From Candidatus Pacearchaeota archaeon (lineage in GTDB: Archaea > Nanobdellota > Nanobdellia > Pacearchaeales > GW2011-AR1), in contig JBAZCR010000005.1 in assembly GCA_041654895.1 (NCBI GenBank), positions 1 through 63,253 on the forward strand: a stretch of DNA of 63,253 nt, read 5' to 3'. The notes beneath the pieces were generated by a model. The model saw only the letters and a list, made by a program, of their open reading frames with translations, was not told the origin of the DNA and ran no database searches. Below, piece after piece: positions 10,119 to 19,352 of the stretch (within the stretch, counting starts at the first letter, position 1; each line of letters opens with the position of its first letter). A program made the translations under genes and the position numbers.

Positions 10119-11708
10119 ATGAATGAAGAAAACAATAGTCTTTTACAAGGAATTTCTAAAAGAGATACCCAAAGAAATAATATACTTGCTGCAAGAGTCT
10201 TAGCAGAAACACTAAAAACAACTCTAGGACCTAAAGGAATGGATAAAATGCTTTTAGATAGTGCAGGTAATATCACAATAACAAACGATGGTGTAACAAT
10301 TTTAGAGGAAATGGAAATAGAACATCCTGCAGCTAAAATGCTGGTCGAAGTTTCTAAGACTCAGGAAAAAGAAGTTGGAGATGGTACAACAACAGTTGTA
10401 ATGATTGCAGGAAAATTATTAGAAAATGCAGAAAAGTTATTAGATTTAAAAATTCATCCTACTATTATAACTCAAGGTTATAGGCTTGCTCAAAAAAAAG
10501 CAATCGAAATTTTAGAAGATTTAACAATAGATATTAGTACAGAAGAAGAGTTACTCCAAGTTGCAAAAACTGCAATGACTGGAAAAAGCGCTGAATATCT
10601 AAAAGAGAAATTTTCTTCTATTATTCTTCAAGCAATTACTTTATTGAACCAAGGAAAAGATTTTGATATAAGAAATATTAGAATAGAAAAACAAAAAGGA
10701 GAATCAATAGAGGAAACAGAATTAATCCAAGGAATAATCTTAGATAAGGGAAGAGTTTCTATTGATATGCCTAAAGAAATTCAAGATGTTAAAGTTGCTT
10801 TAATTGAAGAAGCCCTAGAATTAAGATCTCTAGAAAACACAAGTAAAATTTCAATTGCTTCTCCAGAACAATTACAGAATTTTATTTCACAAGAAGATAT
10901 CATATTAAAAAATAAAGTTGAAAAAATAAAAAGAACAGGAGCAAGCTTAATACTTTGTCAAAAAGGAATTGATGAGTCTATTCAATTTTATTTAGCAAAG
11001 GCTGGAATTTATGCGATAAGAAGAGTCCCTAAATCAGACATGCAAGCAGTTTCAAAAGCTACTAATGCAAAAATTGTTGCAAGATTAGAAGATTTAGATT
11101 TAGATAGTCTTGGTTCTGCTCAAAAAGTATTTGAAAAAAAGATTAACGAAGATGAATTTACTTATATTATTGGTTGCGAGAATCCTCAAAATTTAACAAT
11201 CTTAATTAAAGGAAGTAGTGACCATATTTTAGATGAAATACAAAGAGCTATTGAAGATGCATTAAATGATGTTGCTTCAATCTTAAAAGATTCAAAAGTT
11301 GTTCCAGGAGGGGGTGCTATTGAGATAGAATTATCTCGTAGGTTAAAAGAATTTGCAAAAACATTAAATGGCAGAGAACAATTAGCAGTAGAAATCTTTG
11401 CTGAAAGTTTAGAATTCATTCCAATAACCTTGGCTGAAAATGCAGGATTAGATCCTATTGATATTTTAACAGAATTAAAAGTTGCTCATGAATCAAGCAA
11501 TCCTAATTTTGGTTTAAATCTTTTCAATAATAGAATAGAGGATATGTTAAAACAAGGAATCATTGAACCTTTAAGAGTTAAAACTCAAGCAATAGGCTCT
11601 GCAAGCGAAGTAGCTATAATGATTCTAAGAATTGACGATTTAATCGCAGCAAAAAAAAGAAAAGGAAATAATCTAAACAACCCAAATTCTATTTTAGATT
11701 ACGATTAG
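10119..11708 (+). CDS. ths: Thermosome subunit (group II chaperonin)
   Basis: 529 aa. [26 protein letters not shown] and VPGGGAIE are group II chaperonin signatures. Confidence 0.95.
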   Translation: MNEENNSLLQGISKRDTQRNNILAARVLAETLKTTLGPKGMDKMLLDSAGNITITNDGVTILEEMEIEHPAAKMLVEVSKTQEKEVGDGTTTVVMIAGKLLENAEKLLDLKIHPTIITQGYRLAQKKAIEILEDLTIDISTEEELLQVAKTAMTGKSAEYLKEKFSSIILQAITLLNQGKDFDIRNIRIEKQKGESIEETELIQGIILDKGRVSIDMPKEIQDVKVALIEEALELRSLENTSKISIASPEQLQNFISQEDIILKNKVEKIKRTGASLILCQKGIDESIQFYLAKAGIYAIRRVPKSDMQAVSKATNAKIVARLEDLDLDSLGSAQKVFEKKINEDEFTYIIGCENPQNLTILIKGSSDHILDEIQRAIEDALNDVASILKDSKVVPGGGAIEIELSRRLKEFAKTLNGREQLAVEIFAESLEFIPITLAENAGLDPIDILTELKVAHESSNPNFGLNLFNNRIEDMLKQGIIEPLRVKTQAIGSASEVAIMILRIDDLIAAKKRKGNNLNNPNSILDYD

Positions 11709-12917
11709 TTATTCATATCTTAGTGCGTTTACAATATTTGTTCTTGAAGCATTCTTTGAAGGTAAAAAACCACTAATAATCCCGATTAAAACACTAAAGA
11801 TTAAAACTCCTATAATTAAATATAAAGGGTATATTGGTTTTAAATAGGAAATATTAGCAAAATTTAAAATTAAATAACTAATTAATTCAGCAAATAAAAA
11901 ACCCACAAACATCCCAATTATCCCTCCAATTAATCCTAGTAACCCTGACTCAAATAAAAATATCTTGGTAATTGAAAAGTTAGTTGCACCAATAGCTTTC
12001 ATTACGCCAATTTCTTTTGTCCTCTCGAGAACAGAAGTATACATTGTATTAGCTATTCCAACAGCACCAACTAAAACACTAATACTCCCAATTCCAATTA
12101 AAAAAATACTAATGACTGATAAAATAGAATTAAAAATTTTTAAAATATCTTCTGGTGTTTGAATAATATAATCTCTTGTATCTTCTGTAACATTCCTATA
12201 TTTATCTAATCTTTTTTTAGTTTCTTCTACAACCAAATCCATATCATCAATGTCTTTTATTTTTATTCCTACAAAGTCAATTTTATTTTCTGTATTATTA
12301 AACAAATTTTTTGAATCAGAATAACTAATATATAATAAAGAATCGTCAAGATCATTTCCTAATGATTCTAAAATTCCAACAACTTGAAATTTTTGATTAT
12401 TTATTAATACAGGATCCCCAATCCTAATTCCTTCAAAGATAAAAGGAATTTTAAAACCTAAAACCACTTTTCTATTATCTTGTGATTTCAAAAAATCTCC
12501 CTCTTTTAGTTCCAAAGTAAAACTATCAAATAGTAAATCAATAACTCTATTATCGTCATCTATAATTCCTATTGTTTGTAAATACCTTTTTTTATTTTTA
12601 AAAGTCATTTCTGTTATATCTGTTGTTGCATAAAATGTCTTTTCAACTCCAGAAACTTTATCAATTACATTAATATCTCTAATTGTTAAATCAGAAGAAG
12701 TCATAATCCCCGGAATTCCCATAGGATATACAAAGAATTTATCTCGTCCCATTTGATTAAACAAATCTTCAATTCCCTGTTTTAACCCTAAAGACAAACT
12801 AATAAGAAGAAAAATAACCATAACAGAAATAATTATTCCTAAAAGTGTTAAGCTACTTCTCAATTTTCTTTTTTTTAAGTTTGAACTTGCTAGTTTTAAG
12901 AATTCTTTATTTACCAT
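11709..12917 (-). CDS. ABC transporter permease, MacB/FtsX family
   Basis: 402 aa. N-terminal TM segment, large extracytoplasmic domain, and C-terminal FtsX-type 3-TM bundle (ERTKEIGVMKAIGAT). Confidence 0.8.
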   Translation of the reverse strand: MVNKEFLKLASSNLKKRKLRSSLTLLGIIISVMVIFLLISLSLGLKQGIEDLFNQMGRDKFFVYPMGIPGIMTSSDLTIRDINVIDKVSGVEKTFYATTDITEMTFKNKKRYLQTIGIIDDDNRVIDLLFDSFTLELKEGDFLKSQDNRKVVLGFKIPFIFEGIRIGDPVLINNQKFQVVGILESLGNDLDDSLLYISYSDSKNLFNNTENKIDFVGIKIKDIDDMDLVVEETKKRLDKYRNVTEDTRDYIIQTPEDILKIFNSILSVISIFLIGIGSISVLVGAVGIANTMYTSVLERTKEIGVMKAIGATNFSITKIFLFESGLLGLIGGIIGMFVGFLFAELISYLILNFANISYLKPIYPLYLIIGVLIFSVLIGIISGFLPSKNASRTNIVNALRYE

Positions 12918-12918
12918 T

Positions 12919-14130
12919 TTATCCTCTTAATGCTTGTACTGGATTTAATTTAGACGCTTGTTTTGCTGGAATATATCCTGCTATTAATCCGATTATAAAC
13001 GAGAAGAATGATGCTCCAATTAATAATGGCCAAGATAACATAACCTTAAACAATTCCCCTCCGATAATTTGCGTTGCAATATTTGAAACTAAATACGCAA
13101 TTGTTAAACCAAATAATGCTCCTGCTAGTCCTCCAAAAAAACCCAATAAACCTGACTCAATTAAAAAAATCTTCAATATATCCTTATTTTTAGCACCTAT
13201 TGCTTTCATAATACCTATTTCTTTTTTCCTTTCAACAATTGAAGTAAACATTGTATTTGCAACGCCAATTCCCCCAATTAAAAGTGCAATAGAAGCAATT
13301 GTGATAACTACCGCATTAACCATAATTAAGACAGTATTGATATTATTTAATGTAGTACCAGGTGTGTCAATTGAAAAAGATTCTTCCCCAATATCTTCTT
13401 TTCTATCTTTTCTAATTATTTCTTTGATTTCATTTGCAACTTCATCAACATATTTCTGATCTTCAACGTATATTTCAATTAAATCATAATTTCTTTTCAA
13501 ATTTAATAAATCTTCTAAATCAACATCCAATAAATAAACTGCTTGGTTAATAGCAAAAGATCCTGATTTTTCTAAAAATCCAATAACCCTAAATTCTTTA
13601 TTATTTATTTTAATATTATCCCCTAATTTGATTTCTTTACCGAAGATGTTATTTGTTAAAAAAGAATTTCCTAATAATATTTTTTGGTTTTGATAAGCAG
13701 AAAGAAAATCCCCTTGTTCTGTTTTTTTATACTTTCTATAAATTATTTTCAAATATTCATTTTTACTTGGAAGAGACTGAATAAAAGTAAATTGGGATTT
13801 TCCATTATAATTTAATGTTACAGGACGAAGATATGTTCCATAAACTGCATTAATATATTTAACATTTGAAATCAAATCTATTTCTCTTTGCGTTAAAGAT
13901 TTTGCAGAATTAGATCCTGGTGGTGCCATACCATTTTCAGCATTTTTTAATTGAATCTTATCAGGTTCTAAACTTGCAAATTGTGATGAGATAGCTAATT
14001 GTAATGCTTGACCTAAACTAATTAAAGCTACAACTGCAGCAATACCAATGAAAATCCCAATAACTGTTAACCAACTACGTAAACCTCTCCTTTTTAAATT
14101 TCTAAAACTTAATAAAAAATAATCTTTCAT
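12919..14130 (-). CDS. ABC transporter permease, MacB/FtsX family (paralog of the previous gene)
   Basis: 403 aa with the same architecture (ERKKEIGIMKAIGAK). There is a 1-nt gap to the downstream paralog. Confidence 0.8.
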   Translation of the reverse strand: MKDYFLLSFRNLKRRGLRSWLTVIGIFIGIAAVVALISLGQALQLAISSQFASLEPDKIQLKNAENGMAPPGSNSAKSLTQREIDLISNVKYINAVYGTYLRPVTLNYNGKSQFTFIQSLPSKNEYLKIIYRKYKKTEQGDFLSAYQNQKILLGNSFLTNNIFGKEIKLGDNIKINNKEFRVIGFLEKSGSFAINQAVYLLDVDLEDLLNLKRNYDLIEIYVEDQKYVDEVANEIKEIIRKDRKEDIGEESFSIDTPGTTLNNINTVLIMVNAVVITIASIALLIGGIGVANTMFTSIVERKKEIGIMKAIGAKNKDILKIFLIESGLLGFFGGLAGALFGLTIAYLVSNIATQIIGGELFKVMLSWPLLIGASFFSFIIGLIAGYIPAKQASKLNPVQALRG

Positions 14131-14133
14131 ATT

Positions 14134-14859
14134 TTACTCTTTTATTATTGACCATTTATTGTTTTGTTTTTTAGTAATTTTTTCAACTTTACCGTCTTTT
14201 ATCCAATAAATTTTATTAGCATATTCTAGTGCAAGTTCAGGGTCATGAGTTACGACAATTATTGTTTTATCTCTTTTATGCATCTTATTTAAAAATTCCA
14301 TTACAACTTCTCCTGTTCTAGTATCTAAATTTCCAGTAGGTTCATCTGCTAAAATTACTTCAGGTTCATTTGCAAGCGAACGAGCTATTGCAACTCTTTG
14401 TTGTTGACCTCCAGAAAGTTGATTTGGATAGTGATCTAATCTATCTCCTAATTCTATCATTTCTAATAATTGCCTTGCCTTCCTTAAACGAGTAATTTCA
14501 TCTACTCCTTGAAATAGTAATGGCAATGCAACATTTTCTAATGCTGTTAAATTTGGAATTAAATTAAATTGTTGAAATATAAATCCTATTTTTTTACCCC
14601 TTAATTGAGCAAGTTTACTTTCTTCAAAGGAATTAATATCTTTGCCATCTAAATAAATAATACCTCCAGTAGGTTTATCTAGAGAACCAATCATATTCAT
14701 TGCAGTAGATTTTCCAGAACCAGATGGACCCATTATTGCAACAAAGTCCCCAAGATTAACTAAAATATTTATTCCATCTAATGCCTTTACAACATTTTGT
14801 CCAAGGTAATAATATTTTTTTACATTATTTAATTTTATCACTTGCTTTCTTTGAATCAT
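14134..14859 (-). CDS. ABC transporter ATP-binding protein (MacB/LolD-like)
   Basis: Walker A GPSGSGKST, signature LSGGQQQRVAIARSL, Walker B ILADEPTGNLD. Confidence 0.9.
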   Translation of the reverse strand: MIQRKQVIKLNNVKKYYYLGQNVVKALDGINILVNLGDFVAIMGPSGSGKSTAMNMIGSLDKPTGGIIYLDGKDINSFEESKLAQLRGKKIGFIFQQFNLIPNLTALENVALPLLFQGVDEITRLRKARQLLEMIELGDRLDHYPNQLSGGQQQRVAIARSLANEPEVILADEPTGNLDTRTGEVVMEFLNKMHKRDKTIIVVTHDPELALEYANKIYWIKDGKVEKITKKQNNKWSIIKE

Positions 14860-14999
14860 ATTTTTATTTAAGAAAAAGAGTATTATAAAATTAACTAAAT
14901 TTTATCTCCTTGTATTGTCGAAACATTTATAACTATTAAAATCATTTAAATATTGTTATGAATCAATTTAAAATAAAAAAGGTGAAAGGAGGTTTAACT

Positions 15000-15542
15000 A
15001 TGTTTAATAAAAAAGGTGTTTCCGCAATTATTGCAACTGTTTTACTTATTTTAATTACTATTGCAACAGTTACTATTGTTTGGACAGTAGTTGTTCCTAT
15101 GGTCCAAAATAATTTAGGTCAGGCAGAATCTTTCACTGATTGTATTTATGCTGCTGAACAATTCCAAGTTTTAGAAAATGAAAACGCTTGTTATTCTCTA
15201 AGCGGTAATACTATAACTTTTAAAATTCCTACTAAGATGGGTGGGAAAGATTTTAATTTTTATGGATTAAGTTATGCCACAAATTTTAGAACAGTTGAAG
15301 GTGGTTATAGCACAGTATATGAAGAATCATTTTCTGGAAAAATAACGGATTCTACTAATTTACCTTCATCAGGTGGAAGTAAAATAATTAGCATTCAGGA
15401 AACACTTGCAAACCAAGGAAATCAACTTGTTGACAGCTCTATAGATTTTTCATTAACTGTTTTAACAAAGAGAGGAGATAAAGAATCTAGTTGTGGAGAT
15501 ACAACAAAGACAATAACTTTATCTGCTTGTCCAGTTGTATAA
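15000..15542 (+). CDS. Archaeal type IV pilin-like protein (class III signal peptide)
   Basis: MFNKKGVSAIIATVLLILITIATVTIVW is the archaeal pilin N-terminal motif. The ORF track starts at 14958, but a strong GGAGGT Shine-Dalgarno sequence lies 7 nt before the ATG at 15000. Confidence 0.75.
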   Translation: MFNKKGVSAIIATVLLILITIATVTIVWTVVVPMVQNNLGQAESFTDCIYAAEQFQVLENENACYSLSGNTITFKIPTKMGGKDFNFYGLSYATNFRTVEGGYSTVYEESFSGKITDSTNLPSSGGSKIISIQETLANQGNQLVDSSIDFSLTVLTKRGDKESSCGDTTKTITLSACPVV

Positions 15543-15548
15543 ATTTTC

Positions 15549-15585
15549 AGCCTTTTATTTTTTAGGCTTTTCTTATTTTTTTAAA
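15549..15585 (+). terminator. Hairpin plus T-tract after the pilin gene
   Basis: AGCC (15549-15552) pairs with GGCT (15565-15568) across a T-rich loop, followed by T-runs. Confidence 0.35.
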
Positions 15586-15622
15586 AGATAAATATTTAAA
15601 CAATATTCTTTTTTTAATAAGT

Positions 15623-16174
15623 ATGAATAAAAGAGGTTTTAGTAATTTTATTAGAAATAAAAATGCTCAAGTATGGGTTGAAACTGTTATTTATACTTTA
15701 ATTGGATTAACAATTATTGGAATTTTGCTGGTAGCAACTTTACCAAGAATAGAAGAAATGAAAGATCAGTCATTAATAGAGCAATCAATTCAGAGTCTTG
15801 GGAAAATTAATGAACAGATTTACGATGCACTAAAGGCTCCAGGAAATAGAAGGGTGATTCAGCAATTAAGTATTGGTAAAGGCAGTTTTTTTATTGATGG
15901 AGAAAAAGATAAACTTCGTTGGGAACTAGAATCTAAAAAACAATATTCTGAATCTAGTGTTTCTATAAAAGTAGGAATAGTAAATGTTACAACAATAGGA
16001 AGTGATCCATGGTTTATAACTCTTGAAGTAGATTATTCTAATCTAGATATTAAATTTAATAATCAGGATGTTGTCAAAGAATTTTATGAAAGTTCCACGC
16101 CATATAGAATCTCATTAGAATATTTAGGTTTAAACTCCAATAATAAACCAATAATAAATTTTGCTGAGTTTTAA
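15623..16174 (+). CDS. Pilin-like / pilus-associated protein with a prepilin-type N-terminus
   Basis: MNKRGFSNFIRNKNAQVWVETVIYTLIGLTIIGILLV has a charged head, then a conserved Glu, then a hydrophobic helix. Confidence 0.55.
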   Translation: MNKRGFSNFIRNKNAQVWVETVIYTLIGLTIIGILLVATLPRIEEMKDQSLIEQSIQSLGKINEQIYDALKAPGNRRVIQQLSIGKGSFFIDGEKDKLRWELESKKQYSESSVSIKVGIVNVTTIGSDPWFITLEVDYSNLDIKFNNQDVVKEFYESSTPYRISLEYLGLNSNNKPIINFAEF

Positions 16175-16178
16175 TAAA

Positions 16179-17714
16179 ATGCAAGAAGAAATAAAGATTA
16201 ATTTAAATCCAAAAATTCCTCCTATTCCAAAGTACGAGGATAAAACAAAGATAAATATTCGGTATATGGTTATAGCCCCTTATGTTTCAATTCATATTTT
16301 TTGGGATAGTGAAAAATTAGAATTAGTTTATGAAGTAGAAGAACCGATATTATCTGAACAAAACAAAATAAACTTCAAAAAAATTGAAGAAGTATTAAAA
16401 GAAACAATTAATTTTACTTTAACAGAAGAAAATAAACCAATAGATAGTTTAATTGATTATATTAACAAACATACAAAAAAAGTAGTAGTTGAATTAGGCA
16501 TGAAAATTTCTGAAGAAGATTACAAAAAAATATTTTATTATTTGTATAGAAATTTTATTGGATTAAATGAAATAGAACCTATTATGAAGGATTATTTTAT
16601 AGAAGATGTAGAATGTAATGGTGCAAATGAATCAATTTATGTAGTGCATAGAATTTTCAGGAATTTAAGAACAAATATTAAATTTAAAGAGGTTGAGCCT
16701 CTTGCATCATTTGTAGAAAAACTTGCTCAAAAAACAGGTAAATATGTTTCATATGCCTCTCCTATTTTAGATGGTACATTACCTGATGGTAGTAGAGTTA
16801 ATGCAACTTATACAAAAGATATTTCAAGTAAAGGCCCAACATTCACAATAAGAAAGTTTACAAAAGTTCCTTGGACTCCAATTCAATTAATAGGATTTAA
16901 CACTCTAAATGCTGAAATCTTGGCTTATTTTTGGATGAGCTTACAATATCAATCAAATATTATGATCGTCGGTGGAACAGGATCAGGTAAAACAACTTTG
17001 TTAAATGCAGTTGCCTTTTTTATTCCTCAGGAAGATAGAGTTGTTTCTATTGAAGATACCCGAGAATTAAATCTACCTAGAGAAAATTGGCTTCCAAGTG
17101 TTGTTAGAACTGGAGTTAGTGGAGGACAAGTAGGAGAAGTAGATATGTTTAGTTTATTAAGAAGTTCTTTTAGACAGAATCCTGATTATGTAATTGTTGG
17201 TGAAGTAAGAGGTGCAGAGGCATCTGTTTTATTCCAAGGAATGGCTTCAGGTCATGCTTCTATTTCTACACTTCATGCAGATTCTGTCCAAGCAATAATA
17301 AATAGACTTTCAACACCCCCAATTAATTTAAGCCCCACACTAATAAATGGTTTAGATGTTATAGCAATACAAGCACATGCAATTGTAAGAGGAGAAGAAA
17401 CAAGAAAAGTTAGAGAAGTTGTTGAAATAATTAGAGTAAATCCTGATGGGACGTTTAACACTAATACTCCCTTCAAGTGGGATCCTGCTCAAGATAAATT
17501 TTTATTTCAAGGCAAAAGTTTTGTTTTCCAAAAAATTTCCGAAAAAGTAGGTATACCTCTAGATAAATTGATTAAGGAATTTCAAATAAGAACACAATTA
17601 ATAAATCAATTATATAATCAAAAAGTTTTAAGTTATGACGATGTACAAAGAGTAATTAATGAATATGCTAAAAATCCTGAGAATATTCTAAGAAGGTTTG
17701 GTATTCAAAGTTAA
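16179..17714 (+). CDS. Type II/IV secretion-family ATPase (archaeal PilB/ArlI-like assembly ATPase)
   Basis: Walker A is VGGTGSGKTTLLNA, with EDTRELNL and the GEVRGAEA Asp/His boxes. The track start at 16161 is a TTG that overlaps the upstream gene, so the ATG at 16179 is more likely. Confidence 0.85.
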   Translation: MQEEIKINLNPKIPPIPKYEDKTKINIRYMVIAPYVSIHIFWDSEKLELVYEVEEPILSEQNKINFKKIEEVLKETINFTLTEENKPIDSLIDYINKHTKKVVVELGMKISEEDYKKIFYYLYRNFIGLNEIEPIMKDYFIEDVECNGANESIYVVHRIFRNLRTNIKFKEVEPLASFVEKLAQKTGKYVSYASPILDGTLPDGSRVNATYTKDISSKGPTFTIRKFTKVPWTPIQLIGFNTLNAEILAYFWMSLQYQSNIMIVGGTGSGKTTLLNAVAFFIPQEDRVVSIEDTRELNLPRENWLPSVVRTGVSGGQVGEVDMFSLLRSSFRQNPDYVIVGEVRGAEASVLFQGMASGHASISTLHADSVQAIINRLSTPPINLSPTLINGLDVIAIQAHAIVRGEETRKVREVVEIIRVNPDGTFNTNTPFKWDPAQDKFLFQGKSFVFQKISEKVGIPLDKLIKEFQIRTQLINQLYNQKVLSYDDVQRVINEYAKNPENILRRFGIQS

Positions 17715-17731
17715 AATTTCTTTTGTAATCC

Positions 17732-18172
17732 TTAAATTAAAATCTTTTTAACCTCGTCTACAAAAAGATCTATTATTGAAGAATACTCTGTTAATTTTTC
17801 CATATTTATTGAGACTTCTTCATTAGGTAGTTTTACTTTTAAACAAACATTTTTCCTAAATTCAGATTCTCTTTTTTTATTAAGTTCTGGTATTCTTTTA
17901 AAGAAGATGTATACGGGGATAATATTTTGTATAGAAGGAGATTTTTTGAAATTTGTTCTAATAAACTCAATTCTCTGTTTGGGTGAATTTGGTAATCCTG
18001 CTAATTTATTTTTATCAATCAAATCTTGTAAAAGTGCATCAAAAGATTTCTCAATAAGATATCTCCATCTTTCAATTAAATTTAGTATTACATCACATGT
18101 TTTAGTATACTTTAAACTTACATAAAGCAAGTGATCTGCACTCGTTTTTTCTTTTACTACTTCTCTAATCAT
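17732..18172 (-). CDS. Hypothetical protein
   Basis: 146-aa helical-looking ORF with no motif I recognise. Confidence 0.5.
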   Translation of the reverse strand: MIREVVKEKTSADHLLYVSLKYTKTCDVILNLIERWRYLIEKSFDALLQDLIDKNKLAGLPNSPKQRIEFIRTNFKKSPSIQNIIPVYIFFKRIPELNKKRESEFRKNVCLKVKLPNEEVSINMEKLTEYSSIIDLFVDEVKKILI

Positions 18173-18305
18173 ATAATTTTATTAAAATCAAAATTTAGCT
18201 GTATTAAAGTCAAAAACAAGTACCTTTTTATATTTTTTTATATTTTCTCTAAAAATTACATAAAAAGTATGTTTTTTTAATTAAAAACAAATATTTTGTC
18301 AAGAA

Positions 18306-19241
18306 TTAAACCCCTTCTTGTACAGTTTCACCAACAAATACATCTTCTTCAACTTTCTTTTGTTTTTTCAAGATTTCATCTTCTTTTTCAGCAATTTGTC
18401 TCATTTTTTCTTCTATTGCCTCTTGTGCACTCTTTAACTCTTGTTCTTTCTTTTCTCTTAACCTTCTTTTTTTCTTAGGTTCTTCTAATATTAATTTTTC
18501 TCCAACAAAATCTTCTAAGCTTGGTAAAGGTTTATCTATATTGTGAGCTTTCATATATTCTCTTGCAAGTAGCCAGAATATTAAACCTAAAGATTTATTA
18601 GATTTATTATTTGAAATAATAACAACATCTAAGTCTCTTGTATGATTGTTTGTATCACAGATTCCAACAACAGGAATTCTAATTCTTTTTGCATCTGTTA
18701 GTGCGTTTTTATCAAGCCAGGGGTCACAAATAAAAATCATATTTGTTTCAATAAAATTATTTAGCTTAGTATTAGTTAAAATACCAGAAGGATATTTTTT
18801 AGTAAAGAGTCTTACTCCTGTTAGTTCACTAAACATTTTAGCAGCTCTCCAGCCAGCTTCTCTTTTACAAACCAATGTCCATTCATCTGGTTTATATTGT
18901 TTTACAAAATTAATTGCACTAGCGAGTTTCTCATCGATAACTAAAGTATTTAATATTGCAAGACCATCTAATCTTCTTCTATAAATATATTTTCTCATAG
19001 AAGGTGTAATAACTTTCGTACCCAAGTAAGATGCTGTTTTAATATAATCCTCAATTGAAGTTAAGATAGTATTTTCTTTTATATCAACATCTCCTCCATC
19101 CTCAATAACTTTAGACTCTCCAATTTTCTTTTTTGTTTTAGTATCCTCGTTTTTTTCAAGATTATCGTGGATTTTCTCTTTTATATTCTCAACAACTTCC
19201 TTTACTTTCTCTATCAAATTTTCTTTTTTTTCTTTAACCAT
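18306..19241 (-). CDS. rps2: Ribosomal protein uS2 with N- and C-terminal charged extensions
   Basis: The core reads YLGTKVITPSMRKYIYRRRLDGLAILN ... VVGICDTNNHTRDLDVVIISNNKSNKSL. At 311 aa it is longer than my recollection of about 200 aa for archaeal uS2. Confidence 0.85.
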   Translation of the reverse strand: MVKEKKENLIEKVKEVVENIKEKIHDNLEKNEDTKTKKKIGESKVIEDGGDVDIKENTILTSIEDYIKTASYLGTKVITPSMRKYIYRRRLDGLAILNTLVIDEKLASAINFVKQYKPDEWTLVCKREAGWRAAKMFSELTGVRLFTKKYPSGILTNTKLNNFIETNMIFICDPWLDKNALTDAKRIRIPVVGICDTNNHTRDLDVVIISNNKSNKSLGLIFWLLAREYMKAHNIDKPLPSLEDFVGEKLILEEPKKKRRLREKKEQELKSAQEAIEEKMRQIAEKEDEILKKQKKVEEDVFVGETVQEGV

Positions 19242-19352
19242 TTTATAATAAGATTCAGGGATAAAAGCTACTCTCTTATTTTCATAAGATTCTGCACCTG
19301 AATATAATAAATCTTATCAAAAACCCTTTTTAAATTTGTTGGTTTATTTCCT

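Noticed and set aside
12845-13459. A 204-aa plus-strand ORF. Many similar 60-110-aa antisense ORFs appear in the track, for example 7468-7794, 18646-18984, 22684-22998, 45212-45814 and 52476-52766.
   Set aside because: All lie entirely inside longer ORFs on the opposite strand that have strong family signatures. None has a recognisable motif.
19242-19352. Possible C/D-box sRNA or structured leader upstream of rps2: ATTCAGG/CCTGAAT inverted repeat and a repeated ATAAGATTC.
   Set aside because: No canonical C box (RUGAUGA) and D box (CUGA) pair occurs at sensible spacing, and the GC content is not elevated. The 7-bp stem alone is weak evidence.
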